Assembly: GCA_029882395.1 (NCBI GenBank) | Contig: JAOUKT010000010.1 | Span: 1,032 to 65,031 of the forward strand | DNA: 64,000 nt | DNA from: Gammaproteobacteria bacterium | Lineage (GTDB): Bacteria; Pseudomonadota; Gammaproteobacteria; SZUA-229 | Reading direction: 5' to 3' | Shown here: positions 36,929 through 46,906 of the stretch, one piece after another | How positions within the stretch are numbered: the stretch's first letter is position 1 | How the letters are laid out: every line of letters begins with the position of its first letter | Program-made: the position numbers and the translations under genes | The notes under the pieces: model-generated | What the model was told of the DNA's origin: nothing | Seen by the model: the letters and a program-made list of their open reading frames with translations, nothing else | Database searches by the model: none

Positions 36929-38209
36929 GTGAAAAGAATAAAACAACAGATCGTTTTCTGTGTTTTTATAAGCCTTGTGCTCTGCTACGGGTCGATACAG
37001 GCGGCGCTCATTACTCAGATCGACTTTATAGGTAATGAGAAAACACGTGAATATGTGTTGCTGCAGGAAATGCAAAGCAAAGTGGGGGACAGTCTTGATA
37101 TCACTGTTCTTAAAGAAGACCTTCAGGCCATCATGAATCTGGGTCTGTTTCGCCATGTCGACTATACGCTTTATGCCGCTGATGACGGCATTGATGATCA
37201 TGTCAGGCTGGTGGTTCAGCTCAAAGAAAAATACTATCTGTTTGTCTTGCCCGAAATACGATTTGATGAGGTAGACAAAGAAATCCGGCTGGGTGTCCGC
37301 GCCTACTGGGACAATATTGCCGGTTCAAATCACAGCCTGCGGTTAAAAACCAGGGAATATGGCGGAACACTGGGTGTCGATGATATTCGTCACGAGCTGA
37401 CATATGGCATGCCGCGGTTATATGGGTCCGCGTTTAACATCGAATTGTTTAATTTGTTACGTGAAGCGGCCGTGGTAAAAGACAATGCGGACCCCCAGGC
37501 CCGAAAAGAAAAAAAATACGGATTCGATGTATTGCGATGGCGGCATTTGAATCAACGCAGCAGTGGCTGGTACCTGGGCGCAGGGCTTTACCATGAAGAA
37601 AGAAATAACCAGGCATTATCTGTCGGCGATATATCCGAACCTGATTACCGGGGGAACTTCTGGGGTTTTCGGCTCGGTTATAAACAGGTTAATGAATATC
37701 TTTTTAACCGCCGCGGAAAAGATTTTGGTTATACGCTGGACACTACCCGGTTTTTGTTTGAATCGGATCAGAACTTTACCAAGCATATATTATTTTATCG
37801 GGGTTACTACCGGCTCAAATCTCAACCCATGAATAACCTCAATGTGCAGCTTGAGCTGGGCGTGAGTGAAGGTGAATACCTCGGTGATACAGAGTTTTAT
37901 CTGGGAGGCAGTGAATTGCGTGGCTACGCAAAAAATTATTATTCAGGCAATGTGCGGGTGTTGATGAACCTGGAATATTTAAAACCATTCACTAATAACC
38001 CGTCCTACCGTTATGGCATGTTGTTTGATATGGGTAACACCTATGCGCGTTTTGAGGATATCGAGCTGACACGTTTGCATCCGGCGATCGGCGTCGCCTT
38101 CCGCTGGAAACTGGCGGCGTTCGTTAATGTGAATATTCGTCTGGATATCGGCTACGCAATCGATTCGGGTAATTCGAATGTATTAATAAATTCACGGCAC
38201 TTGTTTTAG
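36929..38209 (+). CDS. Short Omp85 (BamA/TamA-like) outer-membrane protein with one POTRA domain
   Basis: Signal peptide, POTRA (IDFIGNEKTREYVLLQEM...IMNLGLF), barrel with LGGSELRGY (VRGY-like), FDMG, IRLDIGY, C-terminal Phe. Confidence 0.8.
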   Translation: MKRIKQQIVFCVFISLVLCYGSIQAALITQIDFIGNEKTREYVLLQEMQSKVGDSLDITVLKEDLQAIMNLGLFRHVDYTLYAADDGIDDHVRLVVQLKEKYYLFVLPEIRFDEVDKEIRLGVRAYWDNIAGSNHSLRLKTREYGGTLGVDDIRHELTYGMPRLYGSAFNIELFNLLREAAVVKDNADPQARKEKKYGFDVLRWRHLNQRSSGWYLGAGLYHEERNNQALSVGDISEPDYRGNFWGFRLGYKQVNEYLFNRRGKDFGYTLDTTRFLFESDQNFTKHILFYRGYYRLKSQPMNNLNVQLELGVSEGEYLGDTEFYLGGSELRGYAKNYYSGNVRVLMNLEYLKPFTNNPSYRYGMLFDMGNTYARFEDIELTRLHPAIGVAFRWKLAAFVNVNIRLDIGYAIDSGNSNVLINSRHLF

Positions 38210-38302
38210 GGTGCTTTTGATAAAAGATTAATCAATAAATAAAAAAGGTGCTGTGTTAAGATTTTTTTATTATATGATGGCTGAAGCTAACAATAAAAGA
38301 TA

Positions 38303-39491
38303 ATGATAAATCGTAATATTAATCAATTGATTGAGCTGATTTATGAAGCGGCAATCGAATCGAAAAAAATGGACAGATTAGCTGGATTCATTAGCTGAAT
38401 TTGTTAATTATGTAGAGAAACAGTCAGGCACAATCGCTTCTCAATTAGTTTGCTGTTTAAGTGTTAAAGAAATTAGCTGTGAATCAGGTGCCTCATAACA
38501 CACCGTTAGATCACAGCTTAAAGCAGTATAAAAAAGACCGATACAACACGCCAGGCGGAACTGGTAAGTCTGGTATATAACGGCTTGGGCGCTTTTGTAA
38601 ATTCAATTCCTGCTGTTAAGCCAGGTAAACGTGAAGGCTTGCTGACAAAAACAAGTCTATGATGACGAGATCGCGAAACGGTGCAACTTAATGACGGAAG
38701 AAATCTGGCGTGTCAGGAATATTGAGGCCCTGATGGTGAACCGATTATTCATTGCCGCAGCGTTCTCGGGTCTCGTCTGGAGTTTGCATTAAACGGACTC
38801 GAAATTTCACGACAAAAATCAGTACGAGTTATTATTGCAGACAGCCCCGGCTTTGGTATCTCCGATTCTGATTCCAAAATGAGTTATATGAAATGGGTCG
38901 ATGATTTAGTTGAGCTGGTGGATCACCTGGGGCTGGATACGTTTTTAATAAGTGATTATGCGATGGGTGTATCTATGCCCTGACCTGTGCAGAAAAACCC
39001 CCGAACGTTTAAAAAAGGTTGTATTAATAAGCGCGGCTATGCCGGCTAAGTCTTCTTCTGATTTCGAAAAAATCATTCCGTTGTACAAAATGAATATTCG
39101 GATCGCAAGATGTTTTCCAAACATTTATAAATTATTGAGTGATATGCTGGTCAAGGGCAGCATTAATCACCCGGTTGTTTTATATCAGTTAAGTGGAAAA
39201 ATGGATAGGGCCGACCAGGCGATTATGGCCTCAAACGATTTCAAAACAGAAATGTTTGCGTCTTTGCATGAAGGCTTCAGGCAAGGTGGCAAGGCTTCGT
39301 CGCTGGAAATTGTTCAGCTCATGCATGGCTGGGGGTTTAAGCCAGAAAACATAATTATCCCAGTTGATCTATGGCGTGGTGACAGTGATCATCACGTGCC
39401 GCAGGTGTTTTCCCGGAGATTTGAAGAGCATATAAAAAAAGATCAGCGGCATTATATGTTTTATACACATTGGCCGGATATTTTGCATTAG
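38303..39491 (+). pseudogene. Decayed LuxR-type HTH / alpha-beta hydrolase fusion gene
   Basis: Fragments across frameshifts and stops: LIELIYEAAIE..W; SVKEIS...HTVRSQLKAV.KKTDTTRQAELVSLV (LuxR HTH); VQLNDGRNLACQEY*GPDGEP, DSPGFGISD, WVDDLVELVDHLGL, WGFKPENIIIPVDLWRGDSDHHVP (hydrolase). Confidence 0.8.
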
Positions 39492-39575
39492 CTGTTAAGC
39501 TGATTTAATTAGTGGCTCATGTCTATGAGTGCTGTTTCATATTGAATCTTTAAATAGTGATCATTTTTGCAAGAC

Positions 39576-39606
39576 AAAAAAAAGCCGGAGCAAGCGCCGA
39601 CTTTTT
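39576..39606 (-). terminator. Intrinsic terminator after the large lipoprotein gene
   Basis: Minus strand AAAAAGTCGGCGC-TT-GCTCCGGCTTTTTTTT. Confidence 0.65.
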
Positions 39607-39628
39607 AATACCTTGTTAACAGTGTAAC

Positions 39629-42214
39629 TTAGAGGCTAGGGTACACTTTAATGTCATCTACCTGGAAGCCTTCATACTCCCCGCCGATAGCATCCGAAGT
39701 GAATACAAAGCGTATCGATACATCATTGAATCCAGTGAATCCGTTTAACGGATACGAGACACTTGTCCAGTCATGAGTGAACGTTATGTAAGTATCAAGC
39801 GTGGCCAGCACAGATTGTGAAATATTATCAAATACCTCAACACTAACTCTATCCCCCGCATTTGCGTTACGGAGTTTATATTTGAACTCCAGTAGAGGGG
39901 CGCCACCAGCGAAACGGGTGAGGTCAATGGCTGGTGATTTCAGGTTGGCGGCAAGGTTTGATGCATATAAGCCGCCAGTACCTGGCATGCTTAGCGCATA
40001 ATCACTGCCGTTGCGACGGTCTGCTGCGGTAATACCGGTAACTCCCCAGCCAGTATCTGCGCTCCAGGATTGAAGCGAGTTGGTTTCAAAGTCCCATTCA
40101 TATTTAGGGCCGACATACACCTGCAAAGTGTGGGTCAGGTTGTTGTCATTGTCGTTGATGGTTATAAAGGTTTTACCTGTTGCAACGCCAGTGATAGTGG
40201 CACGTGTCGGGTCGGTGGCATCCTGAGAAACTGAGGCGGTTGTTGCTACATTGCTGGACCAGGAATAACTGCTGGAACTTGGTGCAAACTCTGATACGAC
40301 TTGAACCGTTAAAGGTGCTGTCGTTGGTACAACTACGGCGTCTTTCCTATCAGTCGTAAGAAGGTTTGATGGCTGAGAAACAAAGCCAGTTGAATTAAAG
40401 CCTGGTGAAACAGTAGTATCAGCTGATGTCAGATTTGTGTTATCAGTAACAGTAAAACTGATGTCCTGAGGGCCTGTGCGTTTAGGACTGGCATACTGAA
40501 ATTTATATAATGAATCTATATAGTTAACCGAACGAGCTTTCAAAGTCGTTATGCCTGTTATAATTTCGGCAGTTGTGCTCACCTGATTAAAGGCTGATGC
40601 ATCAACCGGGTCAATATTGCTGTTTTGAGTCAGCAGATACACATTAATATTGTTGTTGTTAATTGTGTTAAATGCGGTATCAAAAGTTGATTCACCGCTG
40701 GTGTCAATTGCATCACTCAAAATAACCAGTGTCTTTTTATTAACAGGGCTGGATGCGCCCATTGTACTTGCAAGGGTATTTATTGAATTATAAAAACTCG
40801 TGCTTTGATTACTTAACGGACGAGTTGTTGCCAATGCATCAAGAGTGTTCCATAAGGATAAGGCATCCTGAGTATAAGCACCGGCTGTTCCTGTGCGGTC
40901 AGTTAAGGCAGAGTCAAATGTATAAATGAGTACGCCCTGACCTTCAATCAGATTGCTGAAATGATTGGTGCCTGTCGCCACTAGTGCTTTTGCCTGATTT
41001 ATATAGGCTAAAAATTCAGTATCCGTGACACTAGTACTGTTATCGATCATGATGATCATAGGCGTTGATGTGTTTGTGAATCCCGTCGTAGGGTAACCGC
41101 GGTAAGTTTCATAATCGTCATCAAAGACAGGATCACTATTAGCGCCTTCAAAGAAACTGAATGCCGCAGCATCGAGGCCTGTAATGGCATTTCCTGAACA
41201 GTCCATCATAGAAAAGTTTATATTAACTATTGAACTGGGAGCTGTCGCTGTAACGCTTGGCGACAGGCTATTGGTATCGATGCAGGCAACCGGTGTGGTT
41301 TGTGCATCGGTGACTGTGAAACTGAAAGAATAATCAGCAGGCAATGGCATATCGTTGGTATCAAGAATAGTTGACAAAAGCGATACAGTATAGCTCTCAC
41401 CAGCTGTTAATGCGTTGTCTGGCTTAAATGACGAAGTTAATCCTGCAACACCACCACTGGCGATTATAGTGCCTGTAATGGCACTACCAGTGCTGTCCGT
41501 TACGGTATACGAGGAAGTATCGACTGTACTGTTTTTAACGGATGAGCTGAAACGCACATCAATACTGTTAATTAAAGGTAAAACGCTTTGATCAGCATCA
41601 TTACGGTAGCCAGGAGTGGTGTGCACGATCAGTGGACCAGTGTCTGTAAAGATATTGTCAAGTAAAGTCGTTGCATCACTGGGGATAAAGTTTGTGACAG
41701 CAGTATTACTAGGTGTGGTGATATCTTTTGTCTGGCTGATGGCAAGCACAAGTGAATTAGCAGAGACCATATCGAATGGTTGATTAATATCAGAGTAATC
41801 ATAGCTGAGACTTGCAGCAACATTGTGGGCTGCATTTGTAACCTGTATGCCATTACCAACAAATTCATCATGATCAATCGCCATCAGGAAACGAGTGACA
41901 TCAGTAACCCGAGTAGTGGTTGTGCTCACGGCAGTGTCATCCACAAAGTGCAGCGGAGTCATTAATGCTTCGGCTTTAGCTTCGCCAATTTTTACGCCGC
42001 CAACATAAAAGCTTACTATATCGCCAGCGGTATAAGTGAACTCCCCCATCGGCCCTGTCTGACCGATTGAGCCGCTAGAGGTGGTGAATGTCAAACCGCT
42101 AACATTGATCAATTGACCTTGTTGTGAAGATGAGGATGAACTGCTTGAACAGCCTAGTCCTGCTAGTATCGGAATGGTGAGAGCCACAAATATTTTTTTA
42201 TATATCAAATGCAT
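39629..42214 (-). CDS. Large surface lipoprotein with Ig-like, von Willebrand A and C-terminal MAM-like domains (putative adhesin)
   Basis: Start ATG 42214 after AAAGGA; lipobox LAGLG-C then Ser linker; Ig-like segment (IDVRFSS...FKPDNALTAGESYTV...YSFSFT); MIDAS DNSTS...T...LSD; WSSNVATTASV Ig segment; WDFE...LKSPAIDL...IRFVFTSD...VDDIKV. Confidence 0.8.
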   Translation of the reverse strand: MHLIYKKIFVALTIPILAGLGCSSSSSSSSQQGQLINVSGLTFTTSSGSIGQTGPMGEFTYTAGDIVSFYVGGVKIGEAKAEALMTPLHFVDDTAVSTTTTRVTDVTRFLMAIDHDEFVGNGIQVTNAAHNVAASLSYDYSDINQPFDMVSANSLVLAISQTKDITTPSNTAVTNFIPSDATTLLDNIFTDTGPLIVHTTPGYRNDADQSVLPLINSIDVRFSSSVKNSTVDTSSYTVTDSTGSAITGTIIASGGVAGLTSSFKPDNALTAGESYTVSLLSTILDTNDMPLPADYSFSFTVTDAQTTPVACIDTNSLSPSVTATAPSSIVNINFSMMDCSGNAITGLDAAAFSFFEGANSDPVFDDDYETYRGYPTTGFTNTSTPMIIMIDNSTSVTDTEFLAYINQAKALVATGTNHFSNLIEGQGVLIYTFDSALTDRTGTAGAYTQDALSLWNTLDALATTRPLSNQSTSFYNSINTLASTMGASSPVNKKTLVILSDAIDTSGESTFDTAFNTINNNNINVYLLTQNSNIDPVDASAFNQVSTTAEIITGITTLKARSVNYIDSLYKFQYASPKRTGPQDISFTVTDNTNLTSADTTVSPGFNSTGFVSQPSNLLTTDRKDAVVVPTTAPLTVQVVSEFAPSSSSYSWSSNVATTASVSQDATDPTRATITGVATGKTFITINDNDNNLTHTLQVYVGPKYEWDFETNSLQSWSADTGWGVTGITAADRRNGSDYALSMPGTGGLYASNLAANLKSPAIDLTRFAGGAPLLEFKYKLRNANAGDRVSVEVFDNISQSVLATLDTYITFTHDWTSVSYPLNGFTGFNDVSIRFVFTSDAIGGEYEGFQVDDIKVYPSL

Positions 42215-42726
42215 TTTAAATGATCCTTTTATGTTTTTTCTAGACGATGGCAACTGCCCGGTTGTCATGAGAATATCTGGAGTATATTAAATAGTATTTA
42301 AATTAAATCATCATGTCATCACCTAAATGGGTGATAGGATAGAAAATATCTGGCTCGATGCGAGTGAAAAGATAAAATATTATTTTTATTAATAATGATA
42401 TGTTTTTCATATTGCTTTCCTGTCAAGAAAGTTTACACAATGAGAATTTATTAGTGTTAGGTGAATTGCATTAAAGGCTGTTTGACTTATTTGGCTGAAG
42501 TGATCGATAGTATCTATCTGCATGAGTTTTCAGGTATCTTGGTCTTACGCTGTTTTTAGGAGATGTGGGTAGGAGTTATTTATTGCAATAACCATGAACA
42601 GTAAGATCGGGATCGGAGGTACATAGGCGCATGAGGATGGTTCTCTTTTAGAGCTGTTGTCTGTTTTGTGTTAAGTGAAGTTCTTGCTGTGATTTAGGAT
42701 TATTCATTTCGTAAAAGGGGTTTGCG

Positions 42727-43120
42727 ATGGCCAGAAATGCACGGGTGTATATTCCCGGCATGCACAACCACGTTGTTCAACGTGGTGTCGACAGGTCAGC
42801 GAGCTTCTTCTCTGATGATGATTATCGGTTTTATCTAACATGCTTCGATGATGATCGTCAGCGTAATGGTGTGGCGGTACAGCTTATGTATTAATGACTA
42901 AGCATGTGCATTTATTGATGATACCGTCAACGATTGATGGCACTTCTCGGGTAATGTTGTTGGTGTGGGGTCGGTGTGTGTAGTACATAAACAAAACCTA
43001 CTAGCCAACACGGGCTTTATGTGAGGGCGGCATAAGTTCAGTTTAGTGGGTGCTGATAATTACCTTATGTCTTGTTACCGCTATATCGAATTTAATCCAG
43101 TGCGGGTAGGAATGCTTTAA
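42727..43120 (+). pseudogene. Degenerate REP-associated tyrosine transposase (RAYT/Y1, IS200-like)
   Basis: MARNARVYIPGMHNHVVQRG...FFSDDDYRFYL...AYVLMTKHVHLL (HUH)...CYRYIEFNPVRVGM, with frameshifts and internal TAG stops. Confidence 0.88.
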
Positions 43121-43630
43121 ATTCTGATCAACGGCTTATCAAAGATGCTGCCGGTTTTTTCGGCTAAGCCAAAAAAGATTAAAGCGGATCAGAAAAAATG
43201 TCATCAGAGACGTATAAAACCGTAAAGTTCAGGTAATATTCATTTATAACGCTTAAATCCCGTCATATTAAAGTCACCTTTCACCCATATGGGGGATGCG
43301 GTATTTAAAAATCATCTTTATAGTCAGTTTGTGGTCAACAAAATCACCGGTGTAATTACGTCTTGCATTGGATCAGCACATGGATGTGTAGTCAAAGTCG
43401 TGTATTCATCGGCCAGGATAACAAAGTTAATTCTCATCTCCGGGTCGGTTCTGGTGCTGACTTATCAGCGAGGCACGAACTTACAGTAGCTGTACATCGG
43501 CGCTGACATTGTTGGTATGTTGCCGGTAGTTAGGTTTCTCTAGGCTTTTAAATGTTGTTTTTAAAATATCTGAATGCAGGCGTTTTAACGTGGTGATTTT
43601 AAAATCAAATAACCTCAGGATTAATTTAAA

Positions 43631-44368
43631 ATGAAAAATTTTTCGGTACTTGTCTTATTCTTTGCCGGTGTTGTTAGTTTGTTCCCGCTATCAAACGCAA
43701 ACGCGGCTGACCCGGTTTTTACTTTTGCGCCGCCGCCAGTGGCCTACGAAGGGACAAATGGTAGCCATCGCTTTACCTATGTGTCAGCTGATTTTGGTAC
43801 AGCTAGCATGACCGGTATAGGTTATGTAGAGTCGAAAGCGATAAATTCATCTTCGGTAAACTCCAATGCAACGGCTATTGAAGACAGCGAAAGTTTTTTC
43901 CTTATGACGGATGGCGACGTGACCACAATGATAAATATTGATACTGGTATGCGTAGGGATTATCAGTTGGGGCGTGCGGCCGGGGCAACTTTCTTCCATG
44001 GCTACAACTGGGGTTTAGGCTTGATAGACATTAACCTGGAGACTGCCACGAGTCATGGAACCTCTGCTACATTGACTGTGCCGCTATCGTATACTGTCGG
44101 AATCCAGAAAAAACTTTCACTGGCTGATGCGACAATTATTACACCGTATATTTATGGTACTGCTGGCGTTACCTTCACAGCAAACAATACCTATTCATGC
44201 CCCGATGCAGGCGGGATTTGCGCTACTAGTGATGATCAGAGTCAGTTTGATTACACGGCAATAGTTTATGGTTTTGATATTTTCTTTAACGGCATGTCAC
44301 TATCTACTGTTATTACCGATAGTGAAAACGATATGATCATGTTCTCGCTCGGTTTCCCAATGAAATAA
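43631..44368 (+). CDS. Hypothetical exported protein, probable outer-membrane beta-barrel
   Basis: Signal peptide (ANA-A), alternating aromatic/hydrophobic strands, C-terminal IMFSLGF. Confidence 0.7.
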   Translation: MKNFSVLVLFFAGVVSLFPLSNANAADPVFTFAPPPVAYEGTNGSHRFTYVSADFGTASMTGIGYVESKAINSSSVNSNATAIEDSESFFLMTDGDVTTMINIDTGMRRDYQLGRAAGATFFHGYNWGLGLIDINLETATSHGTSATLTVPLSYTVGIQKKLSLADATIITPYIYGTAGVTFTANNTYSCPDAGGICATSDDQSQFDYTAIVYGFDIFFNGMSLSTVITDSENDMIMFSLGFPMK

Positions 44369-44387
44369 AATACAAAGCCTGTGGTGT

Positions 44388-44424
44388 TGACTAAAAAGCC
44401 AGCTTTAAGCAGGCTTTTTAGTCA
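44388..44424. terminator. Bidirectional intrinsic terminator
   Basis: TGACTAAAAAGCC-AGCTTTAAGCA-GGCTTTTTAGTCA between convergent genes. Confidence 0.8.
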
Positions 44425-44555
44425 TTGCTACGGATAAGTTAAGCCTGAAATATACTGGCTAAAAGCCTCAATGCTTCAGCCAGGTTATGCGGCAGTGTTA
44501 AGTGGCGTTGTCGGGCTGGTCTGTATGCTGGAGTGTGCTCATCAATAGAAATGAG

Positions 44556-45398
44556 TTATCTACAGCTGACGGCAGAAGGCTTTTTTCTTAAGGGTCTGAA
44601 ATAACTTTTATCGTTATAAAAGCTTTCATTTTGTCTGCCGTTCCACCAGCTGGGAACGCCAAGCAGCGGCAAAGGTTGCAAGTCTTTTGTTTTTTCAATG
44701 ACCTTGTTTGACCAGATTTCTGATACCTGTATGTCGAGGTTTTTAACTTGCTGGTGTTCAGGTTGCGAGAAAAATCCTTCTGGTTTGTTAATTAATAGAG
44801 TGTGGCTGGTCATGCCAAGATAAGGTGCCAGTGCTTTTTCATGCATGGCATGGCCGAAGATATAACACTGTATGTTTTTTCCCCAGATGTGCTTTTTGTC
44901 ACAGAATATTTCTTTCCATTGGTGGTTGCGAATCAACTCTAAATAGTTTTCGTTATCGGCAACGATGATTGCGCCGCATTCATCAAACAGGGTGATAGCG
45001 TTTTCCAGCGGGCTGCGGTTGCTGCCAGCTTCTCTGCTCTTTGAATTTTCAAAGTGCAAGCAATTGAGTGCCGCTTTTGTTTTCGGGAACTGTAACCAGG
45101 CTGCGGCATTAAAAAAGTCGTGCCAGTTTTCGAGGCGGGTTTGTAGTTCACCTTTTAGATAAATACGCGATTCATAATGGTCTTCAAATTTCTCGGGGGC
45201 TTCGCCTTGTGCGACAGGTTTGATTTGAATGTTGTTGTGAGACTGAATGTTTCTTTTTCTGAATTCTTCTGCAAGCTGTTCCAGTGTTGGCCATTGTCTG
45301 TGTTGGGTAAATGGCTGCGCAACTTCACGCAAGGAGGTAAAGAGGGGCGATGATTCAAGGAACGCTGGGTTCCAAGTGTCGATAGTTGTTTTTGCCAT
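44556..45398 (-). CDS. DUF3025 family protein
   Basis: YESRIYLKGELQTRLENWHDFFNA..W..FPKTK..LN, TLFDECG, FGHAMHEK, PLPLLGVPSW, YFRP. Confidence 0.85.
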   Translation of the reverse strand: MAKTTIDTWNPAFLESSPLFTSLREVAQPFTQHRQWPTLEQLAEEFRKRNIQSHNNIQIKPVAQGEAPEKFEDHYESRIYLKGELQTRLENWHDFFNAAAWLQFPKTKAALNCLHFENSKSREAGSNRSPLENAITLFDECGAIIVADNENYLELIRNHQWKEIFCDKKHIWGKNIQCYIFGHAMHEKALAPYLGMTSHTLLINKPEGFFSQPEHQQVKNLDIQVSEIWSNKVIEKTKDLQPLPLLGVPSWWNGRQNESFYNDKSYFRPLRKKPSAVSCR

Positions 45399-45409
45399 AA
45401 ATAAAGAGA

Positions 45410-45485
45410 AAGTCGTAAGTCTGTAGTCGTAAGTCTATAGTCTCATGTTCAGATTTTGGACTAAAGACTTTCGGCTTATGACTGG
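45410..45485. repeat. Degenerate heptamer repeats arranged as an inverted pair
   Basis: AAGTCGT AAGTCTG TAGTCGT AAGTCTA TAGTCTC, then spacer, then GGACTAA AGACTTT CGGCTTA TGACTGG. Confidence 0.7.
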
Positions 45486-45494
45486 CTAGCTCCG

Positions 45495-46475
45495 CTAGCC
45501 CCCTGTCATCGACATAAATCGCACCAGCTTTTCGGGCTTTTCATTGAACTCGTGTTTTTCGGGTTTGAGGTTTATAGCCCTGATGATGGCAGCTTTCAAT
45601 TCATCATCGGTGCAGCCGTTGCGTAATAACGGGCGCAATGCAAGATTGTGTTCCTGACCGAGGCAGGTGTAGATAGTGCCGTCCACCGATAAACGCACGC
45701 GGTTACAGGTTTCACAGAAATGCTGTGAGATCGGGGTAATGAAACCGATGTTGATATCGGTGTCGGCGACATTCATATAACGGGCGGGACCGCCGCCGGG
45801 CATAACGCCGGGGATTAAATCGAATTTTTCGGCCAGTCGCTGTTTGATGATTTGTAAATCGATGTACTGGCTCTGGGCATCGCGACCGGTATCACCCATT
45901 GGCATGGTTTCGATAAAGCGTAAGGTGAAGCCGTGTTCAATACAGAAGTTGAGCATGGCTTCTGCGTCCATATCGTTCTCATCTTTCATCACCACCATAT
46001 TGATTTTGATCGGTTTGAAGCCGGCAGCTTTGGCGGCCATTAAACCATCGATGACTTTTGAGAGCTTGCCGCCGGTCAGGCGTTTGAATTTGTCCGGGTC
46101 TAAGGTATCGAGGCTGACATTGAGGCGCTCGATGCCGCTGGCTTTTAGATCATCGGCATATTTGGCCATGCGGGTGGCATTGGTGCTCAGGGATAAATCT
46201 TCAAGCCCGGGCAGAGCAGCCAGCTTATGTGCCAGTTCGGCGATGCCTTTTCTGATTAACGGTTCACCGCCGGTGAGTCGTATGCGCTTGGTGCCAAGTT
46301 CAGTGAAGGCTTTAACAACGCGTTCAATTTCAGCATTGCTGAGTGAGTGCTCGGCATCCTCATAGTCACTAAAGTCTTTGGGCATGCAGTAGGTGCAGCG
46401 CAGGTCGCAGCGGTCGGTAACTGAAAGTCGCAGATACTCTATCGTGCGCCCAAATTGATCGGTCAGCTGTTTCAT
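45495..46475 (-). CDS. moaA: GTP 3',8-cyclase (molybdenum cofactor biosynthesis)
   Basis: YLRLSVTDRCDLRCTYC, TGGEP, FCETCNRVRL...C, C-terminal MSMTGG; ATG at 46475. Confidence 0.96.
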   Translation of the reverse strand: MKQLTDQFGRTIEYLRLSVTDRCDLRCTYCMPKDFSDYEDAEHSLSNAEIERVVKAFTELGTKRIRLTGGEPLIRKGIAELAHKLAALPGLEDLSLSTNATRMAKYADDLKASGIERLNVSLDTLDPDKFKRLTGGKLSKVIDGLMAAKAAGFKPIKINMVVMKDENDMDAEAMLNFCIEHGFTLRFIETMPMGDTGRDAQSQYIDLQIIKQRLAEKFDLIPGVMPGGGPARYMNVADTDINIGFITPISQHFCETCNRVRLSVDGTIYTCLGQEHNLALRPLLRNGCTDDELKAAIIRAINLKPEKHEFNEKPEKLVRFMSMTGG

Positions 46476-46906
46476 GGTCGTCCAGATGATGTCTATCGAC
46501 AATAGCCGTTAGTATAGACCTATCGACTGTTCAGAGTTTGATTTGCTTCAATTTTAACGTATATTTAGCAAAAGTTAATATTCTAATTCGCTAAAATTAA
46601 TAAATTCTTATATAGATAAATACTACTTATCGGCTGATTAAAAATTCTATCTTGCGAGTTATTACTGATGCAGGCAGACTGCACGGCTGATTTTTCCGGT
46701 CTGAGTGGTAACGCTCGTCCGAAATAAAGAAAAATCAATGAATTTAATGAGTAGTGGCGGGCTCCAGAGCAGGCTTTCTGTATAGATTGACTATACTCAG
46801 TACCTCTCTATTAAAGTGGTTTTTTATGCTGGCTGGCTTGTTGATAACGGCGAGATGGCTGGTTCGTCCCCCCTAAATTAAGACCCAAAAAGGTATTAAT
46901 AATTAT

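Noticed and set aside
38952-39491. 179-aa ORF as an independent gene
   Set aside because: It is the 3' fragment of the frameshifted hydrolase pseudogene, and its N-terminus comes from the wrong frame.
46503-46906. Moco riboswitch upstream of moaA or soeA
   Set aside because: I could not find the conserved Moco RNA elements on either strand; an Rfam scan would settle it.
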